32,000 nt of DNA from Candidatus Nitrosopumilus koreensis AR1 (GCF_000299365.1 NC_018655.1:180001-212000), one strand, 5' to 3'; shown: positions 8,484 through 16,692, counted from the first letter of the stretch. Notes: generated by a model not told the origin, from the letters alone. A program made the numbers and translations.

Positions 8484-8882
8484 TTAAATAAATCTCCAAA
8501 AGGAAATGTGAAAATTGCTACGTTTGTTGGCGCTTTTTTCAGTTACGTGAAGATTAATTCCATAATCTCCCACAAAATAAAACGGCCTAATGTAACACGA
8601 TTTTTTGAGTTTATTTTTTTTACAAATTCCTGTTATGGCATTACTAATTTCTTTATCTGAGAAATTTAATGAAATATTATAGAATTGTCCTGATCTTCTA
8701 AATCGTTTTACATGTTCATCCAATCTAAACACATGGAGATTCTTTCTATTCCAATATGCTCTAATCCCTTCAAACACTGATGTACCATAATGTATTGCAT
8801 GTGTAGTGATTGGAACTTGTGCTTTTTCTGTTAAAACATATTTTCCGTCAAACCAAACATATTTTGAAAGTGGAAGTTTCAT
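8484..8882 (-). CDS. ilvE: Branched-chain amino acid aminotransferase, N-terminal fragment
   Basis: VWFDGKYV..AQVPITTHAIHYGTSVFEGIRAY..VFRLDEHVKRF..YIRPF. Homology is lost after ..INLHVTEK at the A6 run (plus-strand T6 at 8534-8539). Confidence 0.88.
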   Translation of the reverse strand: MKLPLSKYVWFDGKYVLTEKAQVPITTHAIHYGTSVFEGIRAYWNRKNLHVFRLDEHVKRFRRSGQFYNISLNFSDKEISNAITGICKKNKLKKSCYIRPFYFVGDYGINLHVTEKSANKRSNFHISFWRFI

Positions 8883-8916
8883 AGAAAATTTTTACATTTA
8901 GTGTATTAATCTCTAT

Positions 8917-9519
8917 TTATTTTGACCAACCCTCTTTGGGAAATTTCATTCCAACAACTCTTGTGGTCATATCTTCCAAATCTGCAAATTTTTCAACCGT
9001 TTTCCAATCCTCTTCAATTACTTTGGCTATAGCTACTGGAACATCTTCTTTCCATGATGATTCTTTTCCAAGTGCCGCATTATACAATTTTTCTTTAACT
9101 GATGCTGCAGAAAGTGATTTTCTCTCTCCAACTCTTGGTTTTAATCTGTATATCTTTAGCATGTATCCTTCTGCTTTGTCTCCCGTGTATGAGAAAAAAT
9201 CTCCTTTGACTCCTCGTAGAATTTGTTTTCTTAGTTGCCATGATTTTGATGATAATAAAGGTGGCATGTATTTCTTGAATGGTGCAAAAAATGCATAATC
9301 ATCAGTAACTTGAATAGAATTTCCAAAAACTGATTCTAACATCTTTTTTCTAGTTTCAAAATTAAATGGAAAACTTTTACTATTGATCTCTTTTTCACCA
9401 TCTCTAAAAACAACAGGCATTACTTTAACAACATCTGCATCTTTTTTTAATTCCTCAATAATTTCTACATGAGCATTTGTTACAGGATTTAGATGTGCAA
9501 GATACAGTGCAGTAATCAA
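8917..9519 (-). CDS. Putative nucleotidyltransferase (cytidylyltransferase-like fold), function unknown
   Basis: 200 aa. The N-terminal LYLAHLNPVTNAH resembles the (H/T)xGH motif, and the later SLSAASVKEKL resembles the ISSTxxR motif of that superfamily. The assignment is weak. Confidence 0.35.
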   Translation of the reverse strand: MITALYLAHLNPVTNAHVEIIEELKKDADVVKVMPVVFRDGEKEINSKSFPFNFETRKKMLESVFGNSIQVTDDYAFFAPFKKYMPPLLSSKSWQLRKQILRGVKGDFFSYTGDKAEGYMLKIYRLKPRVGERKSLSAASVKEKLYNAALGKESSWKEDVPVAIAKVIEEDWKTVEKFADLEDMTTRVVGMKFPKEGWSK

Positions 9520-9571
9520 TTAGATTAACTAAATAAATCTCATATTTCAATGATTGATTTTTTCAAAAATA

Positions 9572-10417
9572 TTATCCGTATGATTCGTATTTTACTTCAA
9601 AACTTCCATCTTCGCGTTTATCATGTTCAGTGACAAATCCCTTTGGTTTTAAGAAGTCCATCACACCATCAATGGTACCCTGCCATCCACAAACATAGAA
9701 TATTGTATTATCTTTGGTTATTTTGTCTCCAATTAATTCTTCTAATGGAGACATTCCACTATCTCTTGGTCTTAGGAATGTTTCAACTCTTCCAACTTGA
9801 CCTGCCCATGATCTGTTGAACCATTCTTGAGGTCTACTGATTGCTGCTCTGTACTTAAAATTCCATTCATCTTTACCTCTTCTAATACTCTCATTTTCTA
9901 ATTCAGTTAACAGATCTTTATAGCTTAATTCGTCAACATAACTGGCACCATGTAATACGACAATTTCTCGTTTATCTCCTGAATCATGTAGGTGTTGTGC
10001 AAAACTGACAAAAGGTGCAAGACCTGTTCCTCCACCAATGCAGATGATTCTTCTGTTGTCTTTTTCTCCATTTGGAAGTTCTTCATTAATCAATAATGCT
10101 CTTCCAGTTGGCTTTAGCCAAAGAATTTCATCTCCTTCTTTTGCATTAAATAGTTGTGTAGTTAATCGTCCTGGAAGTGGTTTTCTAACCCATCTAATTA
10201 CAAGCTCAATGTATTCTCTATTTTCTGGATGTGATGCAATTGAATATGCCCTTCTGACAATTTTTCCACCCTCTACAGGATTTGGTAATCCTAACGTAAT
10301 GAATTGACCAGCTTTATACTCTGGAACTGGACCTTCTTTTGGAACTAATCTAATAATTACAAGATCTTCTTTTAATAACTGAACATATGTGATAGTTGCT
10401 TTGTTATCTACTACCAT
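9572..10417 (-). CDS. Ferredoxin-NADP+ reductase-like FAD/NAD(P)-binding oxidoreductase (paralog 1)
   Basis: 281 aa with the FAD motif RAYSIAS, the NAD(P) motif GGGTGLAPF, and a C-terminal ..ESYG. Confidence 0.85.
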   Translation of the reverse strand: MVVDNKATITYVQLLKEDLVIIRLVPKEGPVPEYKAGQFITLGLPNPVEGGKIVRRAYSIASHPENREYIELVIRWVRKPLPGRLTTQLFNAKEGDEILWLKPTGRALLINEELPNGEKDNRRIICIGGGTGLAPFVSFAQHLHDSGDKREIVVLHGASYVDELSYKDLLTELENESIRRGKDEWNFKYRAAISRPQEWFNRSWAGQVGRVETFLRPRDSGMSPLEELIGDKITKDNTIFYVCGWQGTIDGVMDFLKPKGFVTEHDKREDGSFEVKYESYG

Positions 10418-10540
10418 AACGATTCAATCATAATCTTGACGGTTAAATATATTGTGTTAATTTTATACATCTGTTTTCTAGAAACCGCTAAACGTTAATA
10501 ACCAATTTGAAAAATGTTATTGATTCAGAATTCTGAATAT

Positions 10541-10614
10541 GGGCCGGTCGTCTAGTCTGGTAGGATAGGTGCATGGCATGCATCGGATCAAGGGTTCAAA
10601 TCCCTTCCGGTCCA
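10541..10614 (+). tRNA. tRNA-Ala (anticodon GGC)
   Basis: Hand-folded cloverleaf. Acceptor GGGCCGG/CCGGTCC contains the G3:U70 alanine identity pair. Anticodon arm is GGTGC-ATGGCAT-GCATC and T arm is AAGGG-TTCAAAT-CCCTT. No CCA is encoded. Confidence 0.9.
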
Positions 10615-11154
10615 CTATTTCTTTTTTAATTCAGAAAGCATTTTCAACATTTCAGAATCTGCATCTTTAGAAATTTCTCTAATTCTTTCTTCAGAAATTG
10701 AAAATTTTAGATCAATTATCGCTTGTAATGCACTTTTTCTCACTTCTAAATTTGTATCCAAAACTGAATTCAAAAAAATATTTTTTGCTTCTTTAGCTTT
10801 TAGATATCCTAATGCTCCTATTGCACATGATTTTACCATTGAGCGTTCGTCGTTTGCAATCTTTATTATCTCAGGAATTGCTGATGTCTCATTTCTATTT
10901 GCTAATACTAGTGCTACAAAACCCCTAATGTTTTTACTGTAAGAATTCAAATTTTTAATTAAAAAATTTGTAATTTTATTTTTATTTAATACAAGTGAAC
11001 TAAATGCCTCTCCTCTTACTTGAATATCATCATCATCTAATTTTGAAATAATTTTTTCTAAAATTTCAGGATCATCTGTTTCATCTAAAGTTTCTAAAAT
11101 TTTGATTTTTTGTTGACTGTTTCCAGATTCTAAAACTTTTGAAATATTTTCCAA
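10615..11154 (-). CDS. HEAT-repeat (PBS-lyase HEAT-like) protein
   Basis: 179 aa with about five repeats of the D..VR..A..aLg pattern (DIQVRGEAFSSL, NIRGFVALVLA, MVKSCAIGALGYL, LEVRKSALQAI). Its stop codon directly abuts the tRNA-Ala 3' end. Confidence 0.7.
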   Translation of the reverse strand: MENISKVLESGNSQQKIKILETLDETDDPEILEKIISKLDDDDIQVRGEAFSSLVLNKNKITNFLIKNLNSYSKNIRGFVALVLANRNETSAIPEIIKIANDERSMVKSCAIGALGYLKAKEAKNIFLNSVLDTNLEVRKSALQAIIDLKFSISEERIREISKDADSEMLKMLSELKKK

Positions 11155-11269
11155 ATTCTAAATAAAATCCAATTTTCTAGTTAATAATGGTTCAATTTTT
11201 TCAAAAAAATTTCTTCATACTAGAAAAAACACTTTTAGCTTTAAATTATCCTTAAATAGCAAATTTTGC

Positions 11270-11335
11270 ATGTCAACCGAAGCAAGAGACACCATATTCA
11301 TTGGTAAGAAACCATTGATGGCATATGTTACATCA
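11270..11335 (+). pseudogene. albA: Remnant of a DNA/RNA-binding protein Alba gene (first 22 codons only)
   Basis: My own translation gives MSTEARDTIFIGKKPLMAYVTS, which matches the conserved Alba N-terminus (..V.IGKKPVMNYVLA..). Similarity stops exactly at the stop codon of the convergent gene (11333-11335). The ORF then runs antisense through that gene to a TGA at 11423-11425 with no Alba-like sequence in any frame. A TATA-like TTTAAATTAT lies about 25 nt upstream. Confidence 0.45.
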
Positions 11336-12184
11336 ACGATACTTTTTTTCCATCTTTCTAAATTTAGAAAGTTCCACAAGATCATTAAACTGATCAAAAT
11401 TCACTACTTTGTTTTTGTATTTTGAAGTTGTTCCCGTCTTCTTTAATTCTTCAAGTATATTCATTGTAGCAAAAGTATTTGCAAACAATACTGATAATGG
11501 ATACAAAATTATGTTAAATCCCATTTTATGTAATTCATGAGCTGAACTAATTGGAGTTGCTCCTCCTTCAATCATGTTTGCAACAAGTGGTGCATTTATT
11601 GATTTTCCAATTTGTTTCATTTCTTTAATTGATCTTGGTGCTTCAACAAACACTGCATCTGCTCCTGTTTTTTTATTTTGTAATCCTCTTTCTATTGCAG
11701 CGTCAAGTCCTTCGGTTGCTCTTGCATCTGTTCTTGCAACAATTATGAAATCTTTACTTCCTCTTGCATCTATTGCAGCACCAAGTTTTTCAGTATATTC
11801 CTCTTGTGAAACAACTTCTTTTCCTTGCATGTGTCCACATCTCTTTGGCCATCTTTGGTCTTCTAGAAAAATTCCAGATGCTCCCGCAGATTCCAATTCT
11901 TTTACAAGTTTCCAAACACTAAGTGCATTACCATAACCCGTATCTGAATCCACTATTACTGGAACTTTAACTGCTCTACAAATTCTTCTAGCATTATCAA
12001 TGGTTTCAGTGGCTCCTATGAATCCATAATCTGGCATTCCAAAAAGAGTGGCTGATGTACCATATCCTGTTTGAAACATTGCATCAAATCCTACTTTTTC
12101 AGCAATCTTTGCACCAATTGCATCATATACCCCAGGAATGACTAGAGGCTTGTTAGATTTTAACATGCTACGTAAATTTTTCAT
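11333..12184 (-). CDS. Isocitrate lyase/PEP mutase superfamily enzyme (carboxyvinyl-carboxyphosphonate phosphorylmutase or methylisocitrate lyase-like)
   Basis: 283 aa with PGVYDAIGAKIAEKVGFDA, VIVDSDTGYGN and EDQRWPKRCGHMQGKEVV. The C-terminus looks complete. Confidence 0.85.
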   Translation of the reverse strand: MKNLRSMLKSNKPLVIPGVYDAIGAKIAEKVGFDAMFQTGYGTSATLFGMPDYGFIGATETIDNARRICRAVKVPVIVDSDTGYGNALSVWKLVKELESAGASGIFLEDQRWPKRCGHMQGKEVVSQEEYTEKLGAAIDARGSKDFIIVARTDARATEGLDAAIERGLQNKKTGADAVFVEAPRSIKEMKQIGKSINAPLVANMIEGGATPISSAHELHKMGFNIILYPLSVLFANTFATMNILEELKKTGTTSKYKNKVVNFDQFNDLVELSKFRKMEKKYR

Positions 12185-12479
12185 AAACTTGTTGCCTCTA
12201 TGAATTATTTATCATTTTAGAAAATCATTATGTCGATATTTTGTTTTAGTCTTTGTTTAAATCAAAATAATCCTCAAACTAACTAATCATTCCACATAAA
12301 ATTTGAGTTAATTCTGTATCTTTGGATAATGTTGTAACTGCAATCAATAGTCACATAAATCAAAAATTAATACTTTATTATAGATATAACTAGATCTATT
12401 TTCCTATTTTTGTTGAAAATATTTTGGACGTAACACAGGATTTAATTCAATTCTGTAGTTGCAATAATGATTAAAATTT

Positions 12480-12989
12480 TTATTCTATTTTGATCTCTTT
12501 GCCTTTCTTTTCCACATCTTTTGCATCAATTTTCTTTAGTTCTTCTTGAAGAAATTTTCTATATTTTTCAGTTTCCTCATTAGTCATGTTTGCAACATTT
12601 GAACTTAAAATTGCACCCATTGAAGATATTTTTTCAAGTACATCCATTGCTACAAATCTTCCAACATTTCCTAATCTAAAAAGAACATCTAATTGCTTTT
12701 TTACAATATCATTGACCTTGTCAACATCCTGAGCAGTTTCTGCACCTTTTTCTGTTAATTGATATTTTCCATCTTTTGTCTCTTGAATCAATCCTTCGTC
12801 TAACAGTCTGCCTAACAGAGGATAGATCAGACCTGGGGATGGTTTCCAAATTCCATTGCTTTGTTCTGCTGCATAATTGATGATTTCTTTTCCTGTGTGC
12901 TCTTTTTTCTTTAACAATTCTAGTATGAAATATCTTGAAAATCCTCTAGGGACTGAGCTCCCTACTCTTTGAAACCATTCTGAAATCAT
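12480..12989 (-). CDS. PadR-family winged-helix transcriptional regulator
   Basis: YFILELLKKKEHTGKEIINY...GIWKPSPGLIYPLLGRLLDEGLI is the PadR signature. I place the start at MISEWF (ATG at 12989) rather than the track start at 13067, because the upstream extension only translates the palindromic repeat and a TATA-like sequence. Confidence 0.8.
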   Translation of the reverse strand: MISEWFQRVGSSVPRGFSRYFILELLKKKEHTGKEIINYAAEQSNGIWKPSPGLIYPLLGRLLDEGLIQETKDGKYQLTEKGAETAQDVDKVNDIVKKQLDVLFRLGNVGRFVAMDVLEKISSMGAILSSNVANMTNEETEKYRKFLQEELKKIDAKDVEKKGKEIKIE

Positions 12990-13011
12990 CACTAGTGATA
13001 TCACTAGTGAT
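12988..13011. promoter_or_regulatory. Tandem duplication of a perfect 12-bp palindrome, ATCACTAGTGAT x2. Candidate PadR operator.
   Basis: Read directly from the sequence at 12988-12999 and 13000-13011. It lies between a TATATATA element (13011-13018) and the proposed padR ATG, about 70 nt from the divergent sdhA start. Confidence 0.45.
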
Positions 13012-13083
13012 ATATATGAATATTTTGGATCATTCCTAACAATTACTACATATTTATCTCGCCTCAAGCAAGTTTGTCTTAAA

Positions 13084-14796
13084 ATGGTCGATTCAATCGA
13101 GTTTGATTTGATAATTTGTGGTTCTGGATTAGCTGGCCTTAGAGCAGCAATTGCAGCTGCAAAAAAAGGACCGAATCTGAAAATCGGAATTGTTTCAAAA
13201 TTGCAGGTAATGCGATCTCATTCTGTTTCTGCAGAAGGTGGAACTGCTGCAGTCATTCAAGAAGATGCCGGAGATACAATTGAATCTCATGTTTATGATA
13301 CCGTAAAAGGTAGTGATTTTCTTGCAGACCAAGATGTTGCAGAAAGACTCTGTGTTGAAATGCCAAAAGAAATTCATCAATTAGAGCATTGGGGTATGCC
13401 TTGGTCTAGAAAAGAAGATGGGAGAATTGATCAACGTAATTTTGGTGGTTATAGTTTTCCTAGAGCGACTTATGCATCAGACAAAGTTGGTTTCTTTGAA
13501 ATGCAAACATTGTATGATACATGTCAAAAATTTGAAAATATTGAATATCTTAACGAATGGTTTGCAACATCTATAATTCATGATGGAAAAAAATTCATGG
13601 GTCTTACTGCAATTGAATTAGGTTCGGGAACATTTTACACAATTAAGGGAAAAGCCCTCATTATCGCAACTGGCGGTGCTGGAAGGCTGTATAGTTTTTC
13701 AACATATGCATTATCTTCAACTCCTGATGGTTTGGATATGGGCTTACGTGCTGGTATGGCACTCAAAGATATGGAATTTGTACAATTTCATCCAACAGGA
13801 ATTTTACCCTCTGGTATTTTGATTACTGAAGGTGCAAGAGGTGAAGGCGGTTATCTACTTAACAACAAAGGCGAACGTTTTATGAAAACTTATGCTGCTG
13901 GAAAAATGGAATTAGCTCCACGTGACATTGTATCAAGATCAATTATAACTGAGATTCAAGAAGGTCGTGGTTTCAAACATGAAACAGGAGTTGATTGTAT
14001 GAAACTTGATTTGCGACATATTGGAGATGAAAAGATTAAAGAAAAGTTAGGTGGAATCAGAGAAATTTCAATCAAGTTTTCTGGAATTGATCCTGCTCAA
14101 GAATTACTTGACATTAGACCTGTTTGTCATTACATGATGGGTGGACTTCATACTGATATTGATGGTGCAACAGAAATCCAAGGTGTTTGGGCAGCAGGTG
14201 AAGCCGCATGTAATAGCGTTCATGGTTCAAACAGATTAGGTGCAAACTCTACCTCTGAATGTATTGTTTGGGGTAAAATTACGGGCGAACTTGCGGCAGA
14301 TTATGCTATGAAAAACACCACTGCAGATCAATGGCCTCATCATTTAGTTGCAGCAGAAGAAAAGAGAATCTATGATGGAATATTTCGAGGAAATGGTGAT
14401 ACTAATCCATATGAAATTAGACAAGAATTAACTGATACTATGAATGAGAAAGCATATGTTTACAGAAACGAAACTGATCTTGTTGCAGGTCTTAAGAGAA
14501 TTAGAGAACTAAAAGCACAAACTTGGAAACATGTAGATGATAAAGCAAAAGAGTATAACACCAATTTTTCAAATGTGATGGAATTAGATTCTATGTTTAG
14601 AGTAGCTGAAATTGTTTTGCTTGGTGCAATTAATAGAAAAGAATCACGTGGTGCCCATGCAAGAACTGATTATACTAAAAGAGATGATGCAAACTTTTTA
14701 CATCACACACTTGCTTACTATGATCCAAACGAACCAATTATGAAGACATATCCAGTAACAATCACTAAGTATCAGCCTGTGGAGAGGAAGTATTAA
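13084..14796 (+). CDS. sdhA: Succinate dehydrogenase/fumarate reductase flavoprotein subunit
   Basis: 570 aa with the N-terminal FAD motif ICGSGLAGLRAA, the covalent-FAD His region RSHSVSAEGG, HPTG and ESRGAHAR. Confidence 0.97.
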   Translation: MVDSIEFDLIICGSGLAGLRAAIAAAKKGPNLKIGIVSKLQVMRSHSVSAEGGTAAVIQEDAGDTIESHVYDTVKGSDFLADQDVAERLCVEMPKEIHQLEHWGMPWSRKEDGRIDQRNFGGYSFPRATYASDKVGFFEMQTLYDTCQKFENIEYLNEWFATSIIHDGKKFMGLTAIELGSGTFYTIKGKALIIATGGAGRLYSFSTYALSSTPDGLDMGLRAGMALKDMEFVQFHPTGILPSGILITEGARGEGGYLLNNKGERFMKTYAAGKMELAPRDIVSRSIITEIQEGRGFKHETGVDCMKLDLRHIGDEKIKEKLGGIREISIKFSGIDPAQELLDIRPVCHYMMGGLHTDIDGATEIQGVWAAGEAACNSVHGSNRLGANSTSECIVWGKITGELAADYAMKNTTADQWPHHLVAAEEKRIYDGIFRGNGDTNPYEIRQELTDTMNEKAYVYRNETDLVAGLKRIRELKAQTWKHVDDKAKEYNTNFSNVMELDSMFRVAEIVLLGAINRKESRGAHARTDYTKRDDANFLHHTLAYYDPNEPIMKTYPVTITKYQPVERKY

Positions 14797-15227
14797 TGGC
14801 TCAAGACGAACATAAAGAAGGCATCAAAGGAATGGCTAATCCCTGTCGTTATGGAATCGAAAGAGTAGCTTACTGGTTAATGAGATTAAGCGGATTGGGA
14901 TTATTGGCATATTTTATAGGTCATATTTATGAAACTAGTAATATTTTACGAGGGCGAGTAGGATGGAATGAGTTTTTAGAATTAACTCAAACTACTGAGG
15001 GGCACATTATATTAGCAATTGTGATTGCGATGTGTGTATTTCATACTGTTAATGGAATTAGAGTAATGTTGGGGCATGGTGGAGTTGGTGTTGGAAAGCC
15101 ATCAAGACCTGATTATCCTTATGATCCAGCATCTCAAAACTATAGACACAAAATAGGAATCTATTCTGCAATAATTCTTGCTGCTGTTGCTATGATGTAC
15201 GGATTAGCCGTAATGTTTGGTGAATAA
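14796..15227 (+). CDS. sdhC: Succinate dehydrogenase membrane anchor subunit (SdhC-like)
   Basis: 143-aa hydrophobic protein with conserved His residues. It is translationally coupled to sdhA (overlapping stop/start) inside the sdh operon. Confidence 0.75.
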   Translation: MAQDEHKEGIKGMANPCRYGIERVAYWLMRLSGLGLLAYFIGHIYETSNILRGRVGWNEFLELTQTTEGHIILAIVIAMCVFHTVNGIRVMLGHGGVGVGKPSRPDYPYDPASQNYRHKIGIYSAIILAAVAMMYGLAVMFGE

Positions 15228-15573
15228 AATGAGAGAAAGCACAATAATGAAAATCCACTATGGAACTGCTTTGGCAGCAGTTGCTTTGGTTGCAGTTCAC
15301 ATATTGATGCGTATGACTATGGGATTTGCTGACTCATTAGAATATGATACAGTTCTTGCAAATTACAAATTCATTCCTTACGCAATAATGTTAGAATTAA
15401 TCTTAGTATTGCTTTCAGTTCATGGATTTAATGGACTCAGAGTGATCTTGTTAGAACTTAAACAAGGACGTGTATATGAAAAAACAGTTTCTTATGGATG
15501 TCTTGCAGCCATGTTTGCCTTAATAGCATATGGTTCACGAACAATTATTATGACTAACATGGGGATGGTATAG
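15217..15573 (+). CDS. sdhD: Succinate dehydrogenase membrane anchor subunit (SdhD-like)
   Basis: 118 aa with three hydrophobic helices. It overlaps sdhC and precedes sdhB. Confidence 0.7.
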   Translation: MVNKMRESTIMKIHYGTALAAVALVAVHILMRMTMGFADSLEYDTVLANYKFIPYAIMLELILVLLSVHGFNGLRVILLELKQGRVYEKTVSYGCLAAMFALIAYGSRTIIMTNMGMV

Positions 15574-15575
15574 AG

Positions 15576-16325
15576 ATGGCACAAGTTTCTAGTATTGCAG
15601 ATGAACAATCCTCAAAATCAATTACTCTTAGAATTGCAAGATATAATCCTAAAAAAGATAGCGAAAAACAATTCATGGAATTCACTGTTCCATATGAAAA
15701 ATGGACTACAGTACTTGAAGCAATTCTTGATGTAAAGAAACATTTTGATCATTCAGTTGCTGTTCGTTATTCATGCAGACAAGCAACATGTGGTTCATGT
15801 GGAATGATAATTAATGGAAAACCACGACTTGCATGCTTTACAAAAATTAGTGAACTTGATTCAAATGTTGTTACGGTTGAACCAATGAACAACTTTCCAA
15901 TTATTCGTGATTTAGCTGTAAAATTTGAAAGATTGTTTGATACTCATCATAAAATCAAACCATACCTAGTTAGAGATGACACTGAATTAGAATCTGATGC
16001 AAAAGAATTCATGCAATCTCCTGAGGAGTTAGAACAATACATCCAATTTGCAAATTGTATCAAATGTGGATTATGTAACTCTGCATGTCCTACTATGGCC
16101 ACTGACTCTTCATTTGTTGGTCCACAAGCTCTTGCTCAGGCATATCGCTATGTTGCAGATAGCAGAGATAAAGGAAAAGATTCCAGACTAAAAATTATCG
16201 ATGACTCTCATGGTATCTGGAGATGTCATTTTGCAGGCTCTTGCAGTCAGGTATGTCCAAAAGGTGTAGATCCCGCAATGGGGATTCAACTTCTTAGAGG
16301 ATATATGCTTGGTTTTAGAAGCTAA
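15576..16325 (+). CDS. sdhB: Succinate dehydrogenase iron-sulfur subunit
   Basis: 249 aa with three Cys clusters: CRQATCGSCG..C, CIKCGLCNSAC and CHFAGSCSQVCP. Confidence 0.95.
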   Translation: MAQVSSIADEQSSKSITLRIARYNPKKDSEKQFMEFTVPYEKWTTVLEAILDVKKHFDHSVAVRYSCRQATCGSCGMIINGKPRLACFTKISELDSNVVTVEPMNNFPIIRDLAVKFERLFDTHHKIKPYLVRDDTELESDAKEFMQSPEELEQYIQFANCIKCGLCNSACPTMATDSSFVGPQALAQAYRYVADSRDKGKDSRLKIIDDSHGIWRCHFAGSCSQVCPKGVDPAMGIQLLRGYMLGFRS

Positions 16326-16679
16326 CTAAGTTTTTTTTGGATTTGGGCTATTGTTTACTTGATTGTTGATCTGTTCTGCCATAAAGTGATTTGAGACATT
16401 TACCTTAACATCATCGACTCCGTCTACTTTCAAAAGATTGTCATGTATATCTTGACAAATTTTAAAACCAAATACTGCTGGACAGAATGGACTTGTTAAG
16501 TGCAAATCAACTTTAACATTGCTATCATTGATGTCTACCTCATCAATTAATTCTAGTTCTACAATTGATGTATTAATTTCTGGATCTACAATCTTTGACA
16601 ACTCATCGAAGAGTTTTACCCGAAGCTGTTTGATATCTTGACTCATGTGGGCAAAAGCGTCGATGCTATATATAACCAT
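16326..16679 (-). CDS. DUF59/MIP18-family Fe-S cluster assembly protein
   Basis: VDPEINTSIVELELI and TSPFCPA motifs. The likely true start is the internal MSQDIKQL (ATG at 16646). Confidence 0.7.
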   Translation of the reverse strand: MVIYSIDAFAHMSQDIKQLRVKLFDELSKIVDPEINTSIVELELIDEVDINDSNVKVDLHLTSPFCPAVFGFKICQDIHDNLLKVDGVDDVKVNVSNHFMAEQINNQVNNSPNPKKT

Positions 16680-16692
16680 TCTAGAACCTTAG

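Noticed and set aside
8433-8660. 75-aa plus-strand ORF across the ilvE frameshift region
   Set aside because: It is antisense to sequence that encodes recognisable BCAT residues in the two minus-strand frames. It has no homology signal.
11215-11397. 60-aa minus-strand ORF overlapping the 3' end of the PEP-mutase-family gene
   Set aside because: It is out of frame with the real gene end and antisense to the Alba-like stub. Its composition is that of AT-rich non-coding sequence.
12230-12479. A roughly 250-bp AT-rich gene-free stretch between the PEP-mutase-family promoter and the padR 3' end, examined for small ORFs and C/D-box or other ncRNA signatures
   Set aside because: It contains only very short ORFs of under 20 codons. 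I found no C (RUGAUGA)/D (CUGA) box pair, stable long hairpin or GC-rich island by eye. There is too little evidence to call a feature.
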